From positions 32,001 to 96,000 of IMG/VR virus record IMGVR_UViG_3300049571_000380: a DNA stretch of 64,000 nucleotides; one strand, 5' to 3'. The notes under the pieces were generated by a model. It searched no databases. It worked only from the letters and a program-made list of their open reading frames with translations, and was not told the origin of the DNA. This document shows, piece by piece, positions 17,452-26,288 of this stretch; position 1 is the first letter of the stretch, and each line of letters opens with the position of its first letter. The position numbers were made by a program, and so were the translations under genes. Source of the DNA: a virus.

Positions 17452-17720
17452 TTCAGCTCCGGAGGAACGGCGCGCAGACCGGAGATCCGCAGGACCGGGG
17501 ATTCCTCGTTCGTGCGGCGCGGGGAGAAGGAGTGCGGCTCCTCGGTGTTGAAGGTGAGGAAGCGGTTGTTGAACCGGGCCTCCATCACCAGCTCCGCCCC
17601 GGCCGTCGAGCGCATCGTCAGGAAGCCGCCCCAGAATCCCTCCACCGCCACGAGGTGGGCCTTCGCGTTCAGCAGCGCGTCACCGGCCACCACGAGGACT
17701 TCACCGTCGTACGTCCTCAC
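17448..17720 (-). CDS. DUF4873-like small beta protein, paralogue 3
   Basis: YDGEVLVVAG...WGGFL. Confidence 0.55.
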   Translation of the reverse strand: MRTYDGEVLVVAGDALLNAKAHLVAVEGFWGGFLTMRSTAGAELVMEARFNNRFLTFNTEEPHSFSPRRTNEESPVLRISGLRAVPPELK

Positions 17721-17854
17721 AGATCCCCCAGGGTTTCCTTGCGGTAGCGGGCGCGCTCGTGGGCCCGGATCGTCTTCTCGCTGAGCAGGGAGGAGACGAT
17801 GCCGGAGGCCATGCCGATCAGGCAGGCCAGCAGCAGGAGCAGCCAGGGACTCAC
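17717..17854 (-). CDS. small membrane protein
   Basis: MSPWLLLLLACLIGMASGIVSSLL; GTG overlaps thyX stop. Confidence 0.6.
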   Translation of the reverse strand: MSPWLLLLLACLIGMASGIVSSLLSEKTIRAHERARYRKETLGDL

Positions 17855-18639
17855 ACCTTCCTCCAGCTCGGGATCCAGGCGCCGTCCTCGGTTACCTCGT
17901 AGTCCCCGAACAAGGCGGGGGCCTCGGACTTCATGATCTCGCCGACCCGGTTGAAGACCAGGCGGATCTCCTCCTCGGCCTGCGGGGAGGTGCGCAGCTC
18001 GATCACGTGCCTCAGTGTGCGCAGGTTCGCCGTCCAGACCAGGCCCGTGGCCACACCCTGCGGGGAGAACCGGCGCATGAAGGAGGTCTTGAGCTTCTTC
18101 TCGTGGAAGGAAGTGCCTTCCTCGTCGAGCCCGAAGTGCTCGGTCATCCAGCCCTGGAACTCCTCCATGTCCTTCAGGAGCTTGTTCCCCCGCTCGCGCA
18201 GCTCGTCGTCGCCGTCGGTCCAGGCGGGCCACCAGAACGGGAAGTCGTCCAGACGCACGAACCGCAAGGACTCCTGGGAGATCCCCACGCCCACCCGGTG
18301 GCGCACGTGGTCATGGGTGAAGACGCGGCTGACGTTGTGGAACACGAACGTGAAGCTGGCGTGCTCCAGGACGGAGCCGTGCATGCTGGCCAGCACGTTC
18401 TTCAGGTAGCCCGGCTGGTCCTCGCGGACCCGGGTGACGTTCGGGTTCAGGCCCGGTTCCCAGCTCCGGTAGCAGATGCGCCCGGCGAACTCGACGAGGT
18501 CTTCCGCGTCGAACGTCTCGCCCCGGTCGATCCTCTCCAGCCAACGCGTGCCGCCGACGTCCTCCAGGTAGGCCGCGATCTCCTCGTAATCCAGGGAGGG
18601 CCTGTTGATCAGGTACACCTGGGGCTTGACCTCGTGCAC
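17851..18639 (-). CDS. thyX: flavin-dependent thymidylate synthase
   Basis: HGSVLEHASF, SRVFTHDHVRHR....SQESLRF, NLRTLRH motifs (RHR-X7-S-X-R). Confidence 0.95.
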   Translation of the reverse strand: MHEVKPQVYLINRPSLDYEEIAAYLEDVGGTRWLERIDRGETFDAEDLVEFAGRICYRSWEPGLNPNVTRVREDQPGYLKNVLASMHGSVLEHASFTFVFHNVSRVFTHDHVRHRVGVGISQESLRFVRLDDFPFWWPAWTDGDDELRERGNKLLKDMEEFQGWMTEHFGLDEEGTSFHEKKLKTSFMRRFSPQGVATGLVWTANLRTLRHVIELRTSPQAEEEIRLVFNRVGEIMKSEAPALFGDYEVTEDGAWIPSWRKV

Positions 18640-18730
18640 TTCTTCCCCTTCTCCGCCCGGCTTCCTGCCGGGCCTGTCCGTTCAGCGGCGTGAGGATCCA
18701 TCCTCGCACCTTCCTGCGTATTTCCGCAGA

Positions 18731-19447
18731 TTACTCCTGAGTTTTCAGCCCCCATGCCAGCACATTCGTGAGCCCTGGCGTCTGGGCCACCGGGTCGTGC
18801 GGCCAGTCGCGGAGGTCGGCACCCTCCAGCTCGGGCCAGGGGGCGCCGCGCTCGATCAGGTGCTGGAGCAGAACATGGAACGGCGCGGTCGCCGGGAGCT
18901 GGTGGCGCAGGCCCACATGGGTCAGGCCGTGCCGGATCAGCAGGCCGGGCAGCGGGGCCGAGGAGGGCAGGTTCATGCGGTCGCAGAGCGCTTCCGAAAC
19001 CGCCTGGTACGGGCCGCGCGGCAGGTTGCGGGCCGGATAGTCGTCGGGGGCCTCGACGAGCAGCACGCCGCCGGGCTTCAGCCACCTCACCAGGTTCGAC
19101 AGGATGTTCCCCGCGAACGAGGGCAGCCAGCGGGCGTGCACCAGACCGAACCGGCGCGGCGGAAAGACCATCGGATCCTCCGGACCGGCGACACGGACCT
19201 CGATGCCCTCCTCGCGGGCGCCGTTGAAGGGATCGGCAAAGGGGTCGCGGTCAGTCAGGACGGTCCGGCCGTAGAGACTGAGGGCCCGCGCGGCTCCGGG
19301 CGCCCCGAAGGTCAGGAAGGGGCCCTCGGGGGCGAAGTACTCCATCAGTTCGTCCAGGACGGGAAAGGCAGCGTCGTCCAGGGCGGCCGAGAGCAGGCGT
19401 GAGTCGAAGAGCTTCATGTCCTGCACGTACCCGTCAGGTGTTGTCAC
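18731..19447 (-). CDS. class I SAM methyltransferase-like protein (degenerate motif I)
   Basis: FGLVHARW...[15 protein letters not shown]. Confidence 0.6.
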   Translation of the reverse strand: MTTPDGYVQDMKLFDSRLLSAALDDAAFPVLDELMEYFAPEGPFLTFGAPGAARALSLYGRTVLTDRDPFADPFNGAREEGIEVRVAGPEDPMVFPPRRFGLVHARWLPSFAGNILSNLVRWLKPGGVLLVEAPDDYPARNLPRGPYQAVSEALCDRMNLPSSAPLPGLLIRHGLTHVGLRHQLPATAPFHVLLQHLIERGAPWPELEGADLRDWPHDPVAQTPGLTNVLAWGLKTQE

Positions 19448-19778
19448 TGGGCGTCCCTGTGGTTTCGTCGAGAATCACGATGTCGGCCGACGGGCCCCTG
19501 AAGTACGGCGGCTTCGGGCGCCCCTTCACCGCACTGGAGAACGGGAAGACCCTCGACTGCGTCCACCAGACGCCCGTCACGGAGTCCATGTGGCGCCAGC
19601 CCGGGTGCGGGCCGGGCTTCAGGTCGCAGGTCCAGTGGGTCACCTGGTCGCCGCAGAGGTGCGGGGTCTGGGCCAGCGTGGAGGTCGCCTGGCGCAGGCA
19701 CTCGATGTACTGCTCCAGCATGGCCGCCTGGATGGCGCGGGCCAGGATCTGCTCGGGGCGCTTCTTGCGCTTGGTCAC
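19434..19778 (-). CDS. hypothetical protein
   Basis: Overlapping start/stop with neighbours; C/H motif CG...HWTC..KPGPH..WRH. Confidence 0.65.
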   Translation of the reverse strand: MTKRKKRPEQILARAIQAAMLEQYIECLRQATSTLAQTPHLCGDQVTHWTCDLKPGPHPGWRHMDSVTGVWWTQSRVFPFSSAVKGRPKPPYFRGPSADIVILDETTGTPSDNT

Positions 19779-20137
19779 GAGACGTCGGCTTCCTCGTCGG
19801 TGGTCAGCCGCTCCATGCCCCAGACGCCGTCCTTCAGGAAGACGCGGAACCGGCCCGGCCTGCCCTCCGGGGGACCCGGCATGCCCATCAGGGCCAGGTG
19901 CAGTTCGCAGTCCATCAGGGCATCGTCGATGCGCTCGCGCAGCGGATGACGGATGGTGAACCCGGCGCCGCTGAAGTGCACCACATGGTCGGTCTGGTCG
20001 TCCTGGAGGATCCGGTGCGCCGAGTGCGGGTCGGGGCAGTCGTCACCCATGCAGATGATGCGGTTGACCGCCCGCATCTCCTCCGCGTAGAGCGTCTGGT
20101 TGCCGCAGGTGGGGCAGTGCCCTTCGAGCAGGATCAC
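19775..20137 (-). CDS. hypothetical Zn-finger protein
   Basis: CPTC...C....CPDPH. Confidence 0.7.
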   Translation of the reverse strand: MILLEGHCPTCGNQTLYAEEMRAVNRIICMGDDCPDPHSAHRILQDDQTDHVVHFSGAGFTIRHPLRERIDDALMDCELHLALMGMPGPPEGRPGRFRVFLKDGVWGMERLTTDEEADVS

Positions 20138-20586
20138 GTCTCGTCCTTTCCGTAGTAGCCGAACTCGTAGATCTTGTTCACGATCCGGGCCGCCAGATCT
20201 CCGACCAGGTAGGCCAGGATCTCCTCCCGGCTCATATCCTCGTGGGCCGAGCCGTCCTTCAGGCAGTCCTGGTTGTAGATGCTCATCGCCGCGTGCACCA
20301 CCTCGTGGCTGACCACGCTGGTACCGAGGGCGCCGTCGTACATCCGGATGTGGGCCGCCATGGGACTGCGCTTCTCGCTGCCGTCGGCGCCGATGTGCAG
20401 GACGTCGATGGTATGGGTCACGCCGTGGGCCAGGTAGTACTCGTCCTCGCGGATGTATCCCTCGCGCTGGCTGTGCTTCAGGGCGGCGTCACGCATCGAT
20501 CCGGCGTCCGAGTAGATGGAGACCCGCACGAACCGGCGGCTGCCGGAATGGCGGGTGCTCACCCGGAACGACTTCTCCAGGGCCAC
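20134..20586 (-). CDS. small zincin-like metalloprotein (HExxH)
   Basis: VSHEVVHAAM...EEILAYLVG; SD GGAAAGGAG. Confidence 0.6.
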   Translation of the reverse strand: MALEKSFRVSTRHSGSRRFVRVSIYSDAGSMRDAALKHSQREGYIREDEYYLAHGVTHTIDVLHIGADGSEKRSPMAAHIRMYDGALGTSVVSHEVVHAAMSIYNQDCLKDGSAHEDMSREEILAYLVGDLAARIVNKIYEFGYYGKDET

Positions 20587-20645
20587 GAAGTTCTCCTTTC
20601 CCCGGATGGATTCTACCGGCGGAAGGGGGTGCGTAGACTGCCGTC

Positions 20646-21545
20646 ATGATCTGCACTTTCATCCCTCCGCACATGTCGAAGAAAGTCGCCGAGACCGACA
20701 AGTCTTTCAACGCCGGGATCAAGGTCGACACCACCCTGCGGGCCGACCGGCTCACCGCCGTCGCCCCCTCCGGTCCGATCCGCGTCTACACCGCCTCCAA
20801 CAAGGTGGCCATCCCCGGCTCGCTCGTCCAGGGCGGTGACGACGAAGCGGCCGAGCGGGTCAAGGGCAACGCCTACCTGATCAGTCAGCTCCTGGGTACC
20901 GACGAATTCCCCGACGGAGTCGTGCACTACGGCCGGGAGTACGCCAACGCCTTCTTCAACGGCAACTACCTCGTCTTCGGCGAGGGCGACGGAGCCGTGT
21001 TCGGCGACTTCACCAAGGCGCTCGACATCATGGCCCACGAGTTCGGCCACGCCCTCGTGTCGCTCGGCCCGGGTCTCATCTACTCCGGCGAGTCCGGCGC
21101 CCTGAACGAGCACCTGGCCGACGTCTTCGGCGCCTGCGTCCAGCAGTGGGTGAAGCAGGACCAGCACGACTGGCGCATCGGTGAGGAGATCCTGGTCGAC
21201 GGCCACTCGGCGGTCCGGCACATGCTGAACCCGGGCACCGCGTACGACAACGACGTGCTGGGCCGGGACCCGCAGCCGGGCCACATGGACCAGTACAAGA
21301 AGATCCGGGCCGACAACGGCGGCGTGCACATCAACTCCGGCATCCCCAACCGGGCCTTCGCCCTGCTCTGCGAGAAGACCGGAGAGCCGAGCTGGGGACG
21401 GCCGCTGGCGATGTGGCGCCGCGCGATGGAAGACCTCGGGCCGCGCTCGACCTTCAAGCAGCTCGCGCTGGCCACCTGGACGCACTCCGGCGGCCTGAAC
21501 CCTGCGGTGCGCGAGGCATGGGCCGAGGTCGGCATCTCGATCTGA
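20646..21545 (+). CDS. M4-family metalloprotease, protealysin-like
   Basis: AHEFGH, ESGALNEHLAD, DNGGVHINSGIPN; short propeptide with CTFIPPHM; no signal peptide. Confidence 0.9.
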   Translation: MICTFIPPHMSKKVAETDKSFNAGIKVDTTLRADRLTAVAPSGPIRVYTASNKVAIPGSLVQGGDDEAAERVKGNAYLISQLLGTDEFPDGVVHYGREYANAFFNGNYLVFGEGDGAVFGDFTKALDIMAHEFGHALVSLGPGLIYSGESGALNEHLADVFGACVQQWVKQDQHDWRIGEEILVDGHSAVRHMLNPGTAYDNDVLGRDPQPGHMDQYKKIRADNGGVHINSGIPNRAFALLCEKTGEPSWGRPLAMWRRAMEDLGPRSTFKQLALATWTHSGGLNPAVREAWAEVGISI

Positions 21546-21624
21546 CCGGTTCGGTTTCCCGGAGCCGGACCGAACAACTTCCGTTGGCGCGTGGAACGGC
21601 GCGGCAACAGAATGGGGCGTTGCG

Positions 21625-21906
21625 TTGCAGTGGTGGAGCTGGGTGCTGACGGCTGTGGGCGTCTTCGGCCTGTAGCTGGCGGGCAGGAAGAGCCCCTGGG
21701 GATGGGCGGTGGGCCTGGCGGCTCAGGGGCTCTGGCTCGCGTACGCCATCAGTACGAGGCAATACGGTTTCCTCGTCTCGGCGGGTTGCTACGGCTGGGT
21801 GTATCTCACGAACTTCCGTGCGTGGCGCAGGCCCGTTTCTCCTGAATCCGGGGAAGCCCGTGATGGTCTGGATTCATGGCAGAAACCCGAGAGATCATCG
21901 TCGTGA
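21625..21906 (+). pseudogene. PnuC-like membrane protein interrupted by an in-frame TAG (21673-21675)
   Basis: TTG start; QWWSWVLTAVGVFGL*LAGRKSPWGWAVGLAAQGLWLAYAISTRQYGFL is continuous in one frame. Confidence 0.65.
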
Positions 21907-22022
21907 TGGACGTGGACCGGGAGGCGGTCCGGTTGTGGTTCGAGAAGATCCAGAGCCAGGCCCGGCACCCGCAGTACCAGGGCGGAATCCGGATCATCGG
22001 GCCCGTCGAGGTCGAGGAGTAG
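21876..22022 (+). CDS. hypothetical protein (48 aa)
   Basis: MAETREIIVVMDVDREAVRLWFEKI; typical codon usage. Confidence 0.5.
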   Translation: MAETREIIVVMDVDREAVRLWFEKIQSQARHPQYQGGIRIIGPVEVEE

Positions 22023-22065
22023 CGCGCTGGCCTGCGCGTTTATCAGACGTTCAGGAGATGAGGGC

Positions 22066-22647
22066 ATGGCACACGATTCGCTCGCCCAGGTGATGGTGGA
22101 CTACGCCGCGCAGGGCATGACGCTCGCGCAGATCGCCGCCCGGACCGGGATGGAGATTGAGGCCGTCCACGAGCGGATGAACGCGTACCTCGAAGACCAG
22201 GCGACGAGCATGTCCATCGTGCAGATGCGCATGCTCCAGCTCGCCCGGCTGGAAAGGATCCTCGGCGCCCTGTGGCAGCAGGTGATGGACGGAGACCTCC
22301 TTACCCAGGGCCGCAACGCGAAGAACCTGATCGAGACGGTCCGCGAGATCACCGAGCTGATGGACCTGAAGAAGGACCGGCTGCGCGACGAGCAGATCCG
22401 GCTCACCCAGGCGCAGACCCAGCTCGTCACCACGGCGATCGAAGCCCTTCGGGTCGGCATGCTGGAGAAGGTCGTCGAGCTGCTGCCCGAGGAGTCCCGG
22501 GAAGCCGTTGAGCAGATGTGGGGCGAGGTCTTCCCTGCCATGGCCGCCGATGCCATCGCCCGAAACTCGGCCGCGATCGTCAAGGTGGGCGGCAACAGCA
22601 CGACCGGACCCATCGAACTGGAGCCGGTGATGGAGGAGTTCGACTGA
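22066..22647 (+). CDS. terminase small subunit (putative)
   Basis: N-terminal HTH (GMTLAQIAARTG), helical body, upstream of TerL. Confidence 0.7.
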   Translation: MAHDSLAQVMVDYAAQGMTLAQIAARTGMEIEAVHERMNAYLEDQATSMSIVQMRMLQLARLERILGALWQQVMDGDLLTQGRNAKNLIETVREITELMDLKKDRLRDEQIRLTQAQTQLVTTAIEALRVGMLEKVVELLPEESREAVEQMWGEVFPAMAADAIARNSAAIVKVGGNSTTGPIELEPVMEEFD

Positions 22648-22991
22648 TGCCCCTCGATGCGTACGTGGAGCGCTGGGCGCAGAACCCTGACGGCGGCGGC
22701 GTATTCACCGGTCAGCGCGACCTGATCCTCGCCCACGACCAGGACTGCGGGTCGCTGAAGAGCGCCTGGCTGCCGCGCCGGAAAGGGGTCTCCTGCCCGA
22801 GCGACCTGATGGAGTGCGAGACCTGCGGAATCACGTTCTTCTGGGAGGGGCTGACCGGCCTCTTCGACGACTGCCCGGAGTCGTTCTGGTACTTCTGCCG
22901 CTGCTGCGCCGAGAAGATCGTCCAGTGTCCATGCGGTGGCGACTGCATCCGTGATCCGAATGGACAAACTCTGTCGCCTGCTGTTGACTAA
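22647..22991 (+). CDS. Cys-rich hypothetical protein
   Basis: TGATG coupling; several CxxC motifs. Confidence 0.65.
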   Translation: MPLDAYVERWAQNPDGGGVFTGQRDLILAHDQDCGSLKSAWLPRRKGVSCPSDLMECETCGITFFWEGLTGLFDDCPESFWYFCRCCAEKIVQCPCGGDCIRDPNGQTLSPAVD

Positions 22992-22996
22992 GTTGC

Positions 22997-23389
22997 ATGA
23001 AGCAGATAGTCAAGGCATTCGCCTCGCGGGGACATGGCTCATGGATCGCCAGCACGCAGGGGCTTCCCGACAACAAGCAGGCGCTCTCGACCGGGAAGAC
23101 CTGGAAGCAGGCCAAGCAGCTTCTTCAGCGGGCGACCGAGATGACCTTGAGGGCCCCATCTGACTCGGTCGTCATCGACCTGAAACTGGAGGACCCCAAC
23201 CTCCAGAAGCTGGTGGATGAGGTTCATCAGCGCAGGACGGCCCTGCGGGAAGCCGAGTTTCACTACGGAGCGGCCATGGGTCTGGCTGCGCGCACCCTCA
23301 CGAAGACGATGACGGTCCGGGATGTTGCGGCGATGCTGGGCTGCTCCCCTCAGCACGTGGCGAAGCTGGCGCAGAAGCCCTCGTCCTGA
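22997..23389 (+). CDS. HicB-like antitoxin fold with C-terminal HTH
   Basis: W...T.GLP....STGKTWKQAKQ; TVRDVAAMLGCSPQHV. Confidence 0.6.
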   Translation: MKQIVKAFASRGHGSWIASTQGLPDNKQALSTGKTWKQAKQLLQRATEMTLRAPSDSVVIDLKLEDPNLQKLVDEVHQRRTALREAEFHYGAAMGLAARTLTKTMTVRDVAAMLGCSPQHVAKLAQKPSS

Positions 23390-23543
23390 CACGGCGGCGC
23401 GGCAGGGGCTCGCCCGACTCCATCCGCCTCTTGAGGGCGAGCCCGAAGTTCTGCCACAGCTCCCAGCACTTGCAGAACTGGTTGTGGCCCTGTCGGTAGT
23501 GCCGGGACTTCAGTCGCATCTGCTTGCGATAGCGCTTGTTCAT
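23298..23543 (-). CDS. possible basic hypothetical protein
   Basis: MNKRYRKQMRLK; SD AGGAAGGA; overlaps 3' end of HicB-like gene. Confidence 0.4.
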   Translation of the reverse strand: MNKRYRKQMRLKSRHYRQGHNQFCKCWELWQNFGLALKRRMESGEPLPRRRVRTRASAPASPRAEGSSPASPQHPGPSSSS

Positions 23544-23566
23544 CGCGCCCCTCACGTCCTTCCTGG

Positions 23567-24148
23567 GTGGAGCTGTACCATCTTCTCGTGACGACCATCG
23601 GCGAAATCATCTATGACGAGCTGCCCGCTTTCATGGAGCGGACCGGCAAGAAAACTCTCCGAATCCTTGAAGTCGGCGTTCTGCGGAATCTGGACGACGA
23701 CCACCTGAAGGGTGACGGGCATTCGACCCTCGCCTTCGCCCGCCTCCTGAAGGAACACCCGGGAAGCGCGTACGTCGGCATCGATCTGGAGCCGCACGAG
23801 GCACGGCGTGCCGTGGACTCGGAGGGCCTGGGCCACTTCTGCGACTTCTACGCCGGGGACTCCGTGGCCACCATGGAAGAGCTGAAGATCGACGGCGAGA
23901 AGTTCGACGTGATCTACCTCGACGCCGACAACGACGGCGCGGCCACCATGCGGGAGTACCTGCTGGCGCTCGACCTCGTCACCAGTCCGGGCCTGATCAT
24001 GGGTGACGACATGAACACCGACCACCGTGAGGTCCGCAAGGGCCGGGTGCTCATCCCCTACCTGCGGGAGTCCGGCGCCGACTTCAAGCTCCGCAAGCGG
24101 CATACCCCGTGGGACACCCGCGACATCCTCGTCCAGGAGATCTCGTGA
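23567..24148 (+). CDS. class I SAM methyltransferase (Methyltransf_24-like)
   Basis: ILEVG...HST, YVGID, AGDS, FDVIYLD. Confidence 0.8.
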   Translation: MELYHLLVTTIGEIIYDELPAFMERTGKKTLRILEVGVLRNLDDDHLKGDGHSTLAFARLLKEHPGSAYVGIDLEPHEARRAVDSEGLGHFCDFYAGDSVATMEELKIDGEKFDVIYLDADNDGAATMREYLLALDLVTSPGLIMGDDMNTDHREVRKGRVLIPYLRESGADFKLRKRHTPWDTRDILVQEIS

Positions 24149-24450
24149 GCAAGGACATCGCTTCCGTCGGCCGCGCCGTGCACTACACCTCGCTGGGGTC
24201 CGCACCGCAGGACGGCGTCCAGCAGTACCCCTCGAAGTGCCGGGCAGCCACCATCACCGAGGTCGTCGATCTGGCAGCGGGCATCGTGCACCTCACGGTC
24301 ATGAACCCGGAGGACTTTCAGTTCGCGAAGGACGTCGCCTTCGACGTCGAGCGACTGGCCCTGAACGGGGAGGCAACCCCGGGCACCTGGCACTGGCCGG
24401 AAAAGCCGGTGGCCCCGCTCGTGAGCGGGGCCGGACCGAAGGAGCTGTGA
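24145..24450 (+). CDS. conserved phage hypothetical protein
   Basis: VGRAVHY...CRAATITEV...GTWHWP. Confidence 0.75.
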   Translation: MSKDIASVGRAVHYTSLGSAPQDGVQQYPSKCRAATITEVVDLAAGIVHLTVMNPEDFQFAKDVAFDVERLALNGEATPGTWHWPEKPVAPLVSGAGPKEL

Positions 24451-24581
24451 TGTGGACGATGACGCGCTGGCGGTGCACCTGCGGGCGGCATCACGCGCCC
24501 TGGTGGAGAACCGTCCAGGCGCCGTCGTGCACGGCCGTGAAGCCGTGGGTGAAGCGGCCGGAGACTCAGAAGGCCACGTAG
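24450..24581 (+). CDS. possible small protein
   Basis: TGATG coupling; WRCTCG motif. Confidence 0.45.
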   Translation: MWTMTRWRCTCGRHHAPWWRTVQAPSCTAVKPWVKRPETQKAT

Positions 24582-24790
24582 AGAATCCGGACCCCGTCAC
24601 CGGTCCGCTCGAAGTCCAGCTCCACCCCGCAGGGCAGCTCGACCATGAGCACGTTCATCGACCGGTGGACGGCCGAGGCCGGAACCGAGTCGGCGAACAT
24701 CACCGGGATCTCGGACTCGATCCGGCCACGGATCGCAGGGTCGGAATCCTCCACGGCTCGCCACGCGGCGGCCATCCAGGAGATCCGCAC
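24566..24790 (-). CDS. hypothetical protein
   Basis: 74-aa ORF downstream of secreted protein gene. Confidence 0.6.
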   Translation of the reverse strand: MRISWMAAAWRAVEDSDPAIRGRIESEIPVMFADSVPASAVHRSMNVLMVELPCGVELDFERTGDGVRILYVAF

Positions 24791-24793
24791 GGC

Positions 24794-25228
24794 TCAGTCG
24801 AACATGGACGGGATCTGGGTGTACTTCACCGGGATCCAGCCCTTGTAAAGGGTGCCGTAGCCGGACTGAGTGACGGTGTTGCCGTCCTGGGACTTGGTGA
24901 GCTGGCGCACGAGGATGAGCGTGCCGTCGCCGTTCTTGCCGTGCTTCTTCTTGCCCAGGTACTCGAACCCGTTCGCCGGGTAGAAGCCGGAGCCGGTCTT
25001 GTTGCCGCCCTCGTCGCGGAAGTCGACACCGACCGCCGGGGTGACGAAAGAGGTGATGCCGGTGGACTTGCCCTGCTCGCCCTTGATCTCGCCGGTCACG
25101 TCGCCGCAGCCGTAGGCGGTCTTCACCTGGCCGGGCTTGCAGGAGTCGGCGGCGGCGGTGCCAGCGAAGGCGAGAGAGCCGGTCAGGGCGACGGCGGCGG
25201 CACCGGCCGCGATGGTCTTCTTGTTCAT
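24794..25228 (-). CDS. secreted protein
   Basis: MNKKTIAAGAAAVALTGSLAFAGTAAA signal peptide. Confidence 0.8.
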   Translation of the reverse strand: MNKKTIAAGAAAVALTGSLAFAGTAAADSCKPGQVKTAYGCGDVTGEIKGEQGKSTGITSFVTPAVGVDFRDEGGNKTGSGFYPANGFEYLGKKKHGKNGDGTLILVRQLTKSQDGNTVTQSGYGTLYKGWIPVKYTQIPSMFD

Positions 25229-25320
25229 GCTCTCGGGGTTTCTCTCCGAAGTGGGGGCTTGCTGTATCCATCAGACCACATGACCTAGGCCAAATTCAAG
25301 TTCCACGAAAGCGAGAAGTC

Positions 25321-25512
25321 ATGGATATCGCCCCGGTCAGCACGATCACGATTCCCCGAACCTGCGGAGACGTGCCCTGCGGGCAGTGTGAGCCCTGCCG
25401 CAGGAGGGCGATGCTGAACATGGCATCGTACGCACTGCGGTCGGAAACGGAAGAAGGCGGCCCGAAGGCCGCCCTCTCTGAACTGCTCGAAGCTCTCGGA
25501 CTGCGTGGCTAG
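25321..25512 (+). CDS. small Cys-rich protein
   Basis: CGDVPCGQCEPC. Confidence 0.55.
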   Translation: MDIAPVSTITIPRTCGDVPCGQCEPCRRRAMLNMASYALRSETEEGGPKAALSELLEALGLRG

Positions 25513-25880
25513 CAGCGCGTTCCTTCCTCGGAGAGGGACCGGTTCAGGATCTCCTCGACCTCCAGGCGATCCAGATCACTGAATGCCGGGGCCCGAAGGA
25601 TGACCTTCTCGCACCCCTCACGGCTGGTCCATCCCGTGCGCATGAGGGCAGCGAGACCCGTCAGGGCCTCGGCGATGTCGGTGGCGGTGGACTCCTTGCG
25701 GCGCAGCACGCCCATCACCCGGCGCGCGTACGCCTGGGCGTGGCCGTGACGGACCGATCCGCGCGGGCAGACGTCATGCGTGACGGTCCAGCCGGATGCG
25801 TGCGACCCCTGGACGTTACCCTCTCCGGCTGGCACCCGTCCCTGGCAGACGCCACATGGTTTCGGGTACATATTCCTCAT
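25509..25880 (-). CDS. hypothetical protein (N-terminal Zn ribbon)
   Basis: CGVC...THDVC. Confidence 0.65.
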   Translation of the reverse strand: MRNMYPKPCGVCQGRVPAGEGNVQGSHASGWTVTHDVCPRGSVRHGHAQAYARRVMGVLRRKESTATDIAEALTGLAALMRTGWTSREGCEKVILRAPAFSDLDRLEVEEILNRSLSEEGTRC

Positions 25881-25949
25881 GTTTTTGAGGATGACACACC
25901 GTGCCGCAAAAGGAAAGTCCGATTGGGGGCGGGAAGTTCAGGGAACTCG

Positions 25950-26117
25950 CTACTCTTCGCGCACTCGCGCTTCCACGGCTGCGGCGGCCGAGTTCCATGC
26001 CTGCTTCAGCCGTTCGTTCTGCTCTTCCCAGGTAGGCATCTTCGCACCCGAGAACGTGGTCCAGCCGACGCTCTCTCCGTACGCCTCGTATGCCACACGT
26101 CCCAGTTCAGCGGCCAC
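25950..26117 (-). CDS. hypothetical protein (55 aa; not in ORF track)
   Basis: MAAELGRVAYEAYGESVGWTTFSGAKMPTWEEQ; SD GAGGAGG. Confidence 0.7.
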   Translation of the reverse strand: MAAELGRVAYEAYGESVGWTTFSGAKMPTWEEQNERLKQAWNSAAAAVEARVREE

Positions 26118-26288
26118 CCTTGCCTCCTCATGAGGAAGGGACCCGGCCGATTGGCCGGGTCCCCGTGAGTCTCAGCCCCAGGAAGTGGAGTCCGCGCTGC
26201 CCAGTGCTGCGCGGGTGGGGCATCACAAGGTTACCGAAAATGTTCCCCGGTGAGGAATGCTGTACGCGTCGCAGCAGAAAGGAACGGC

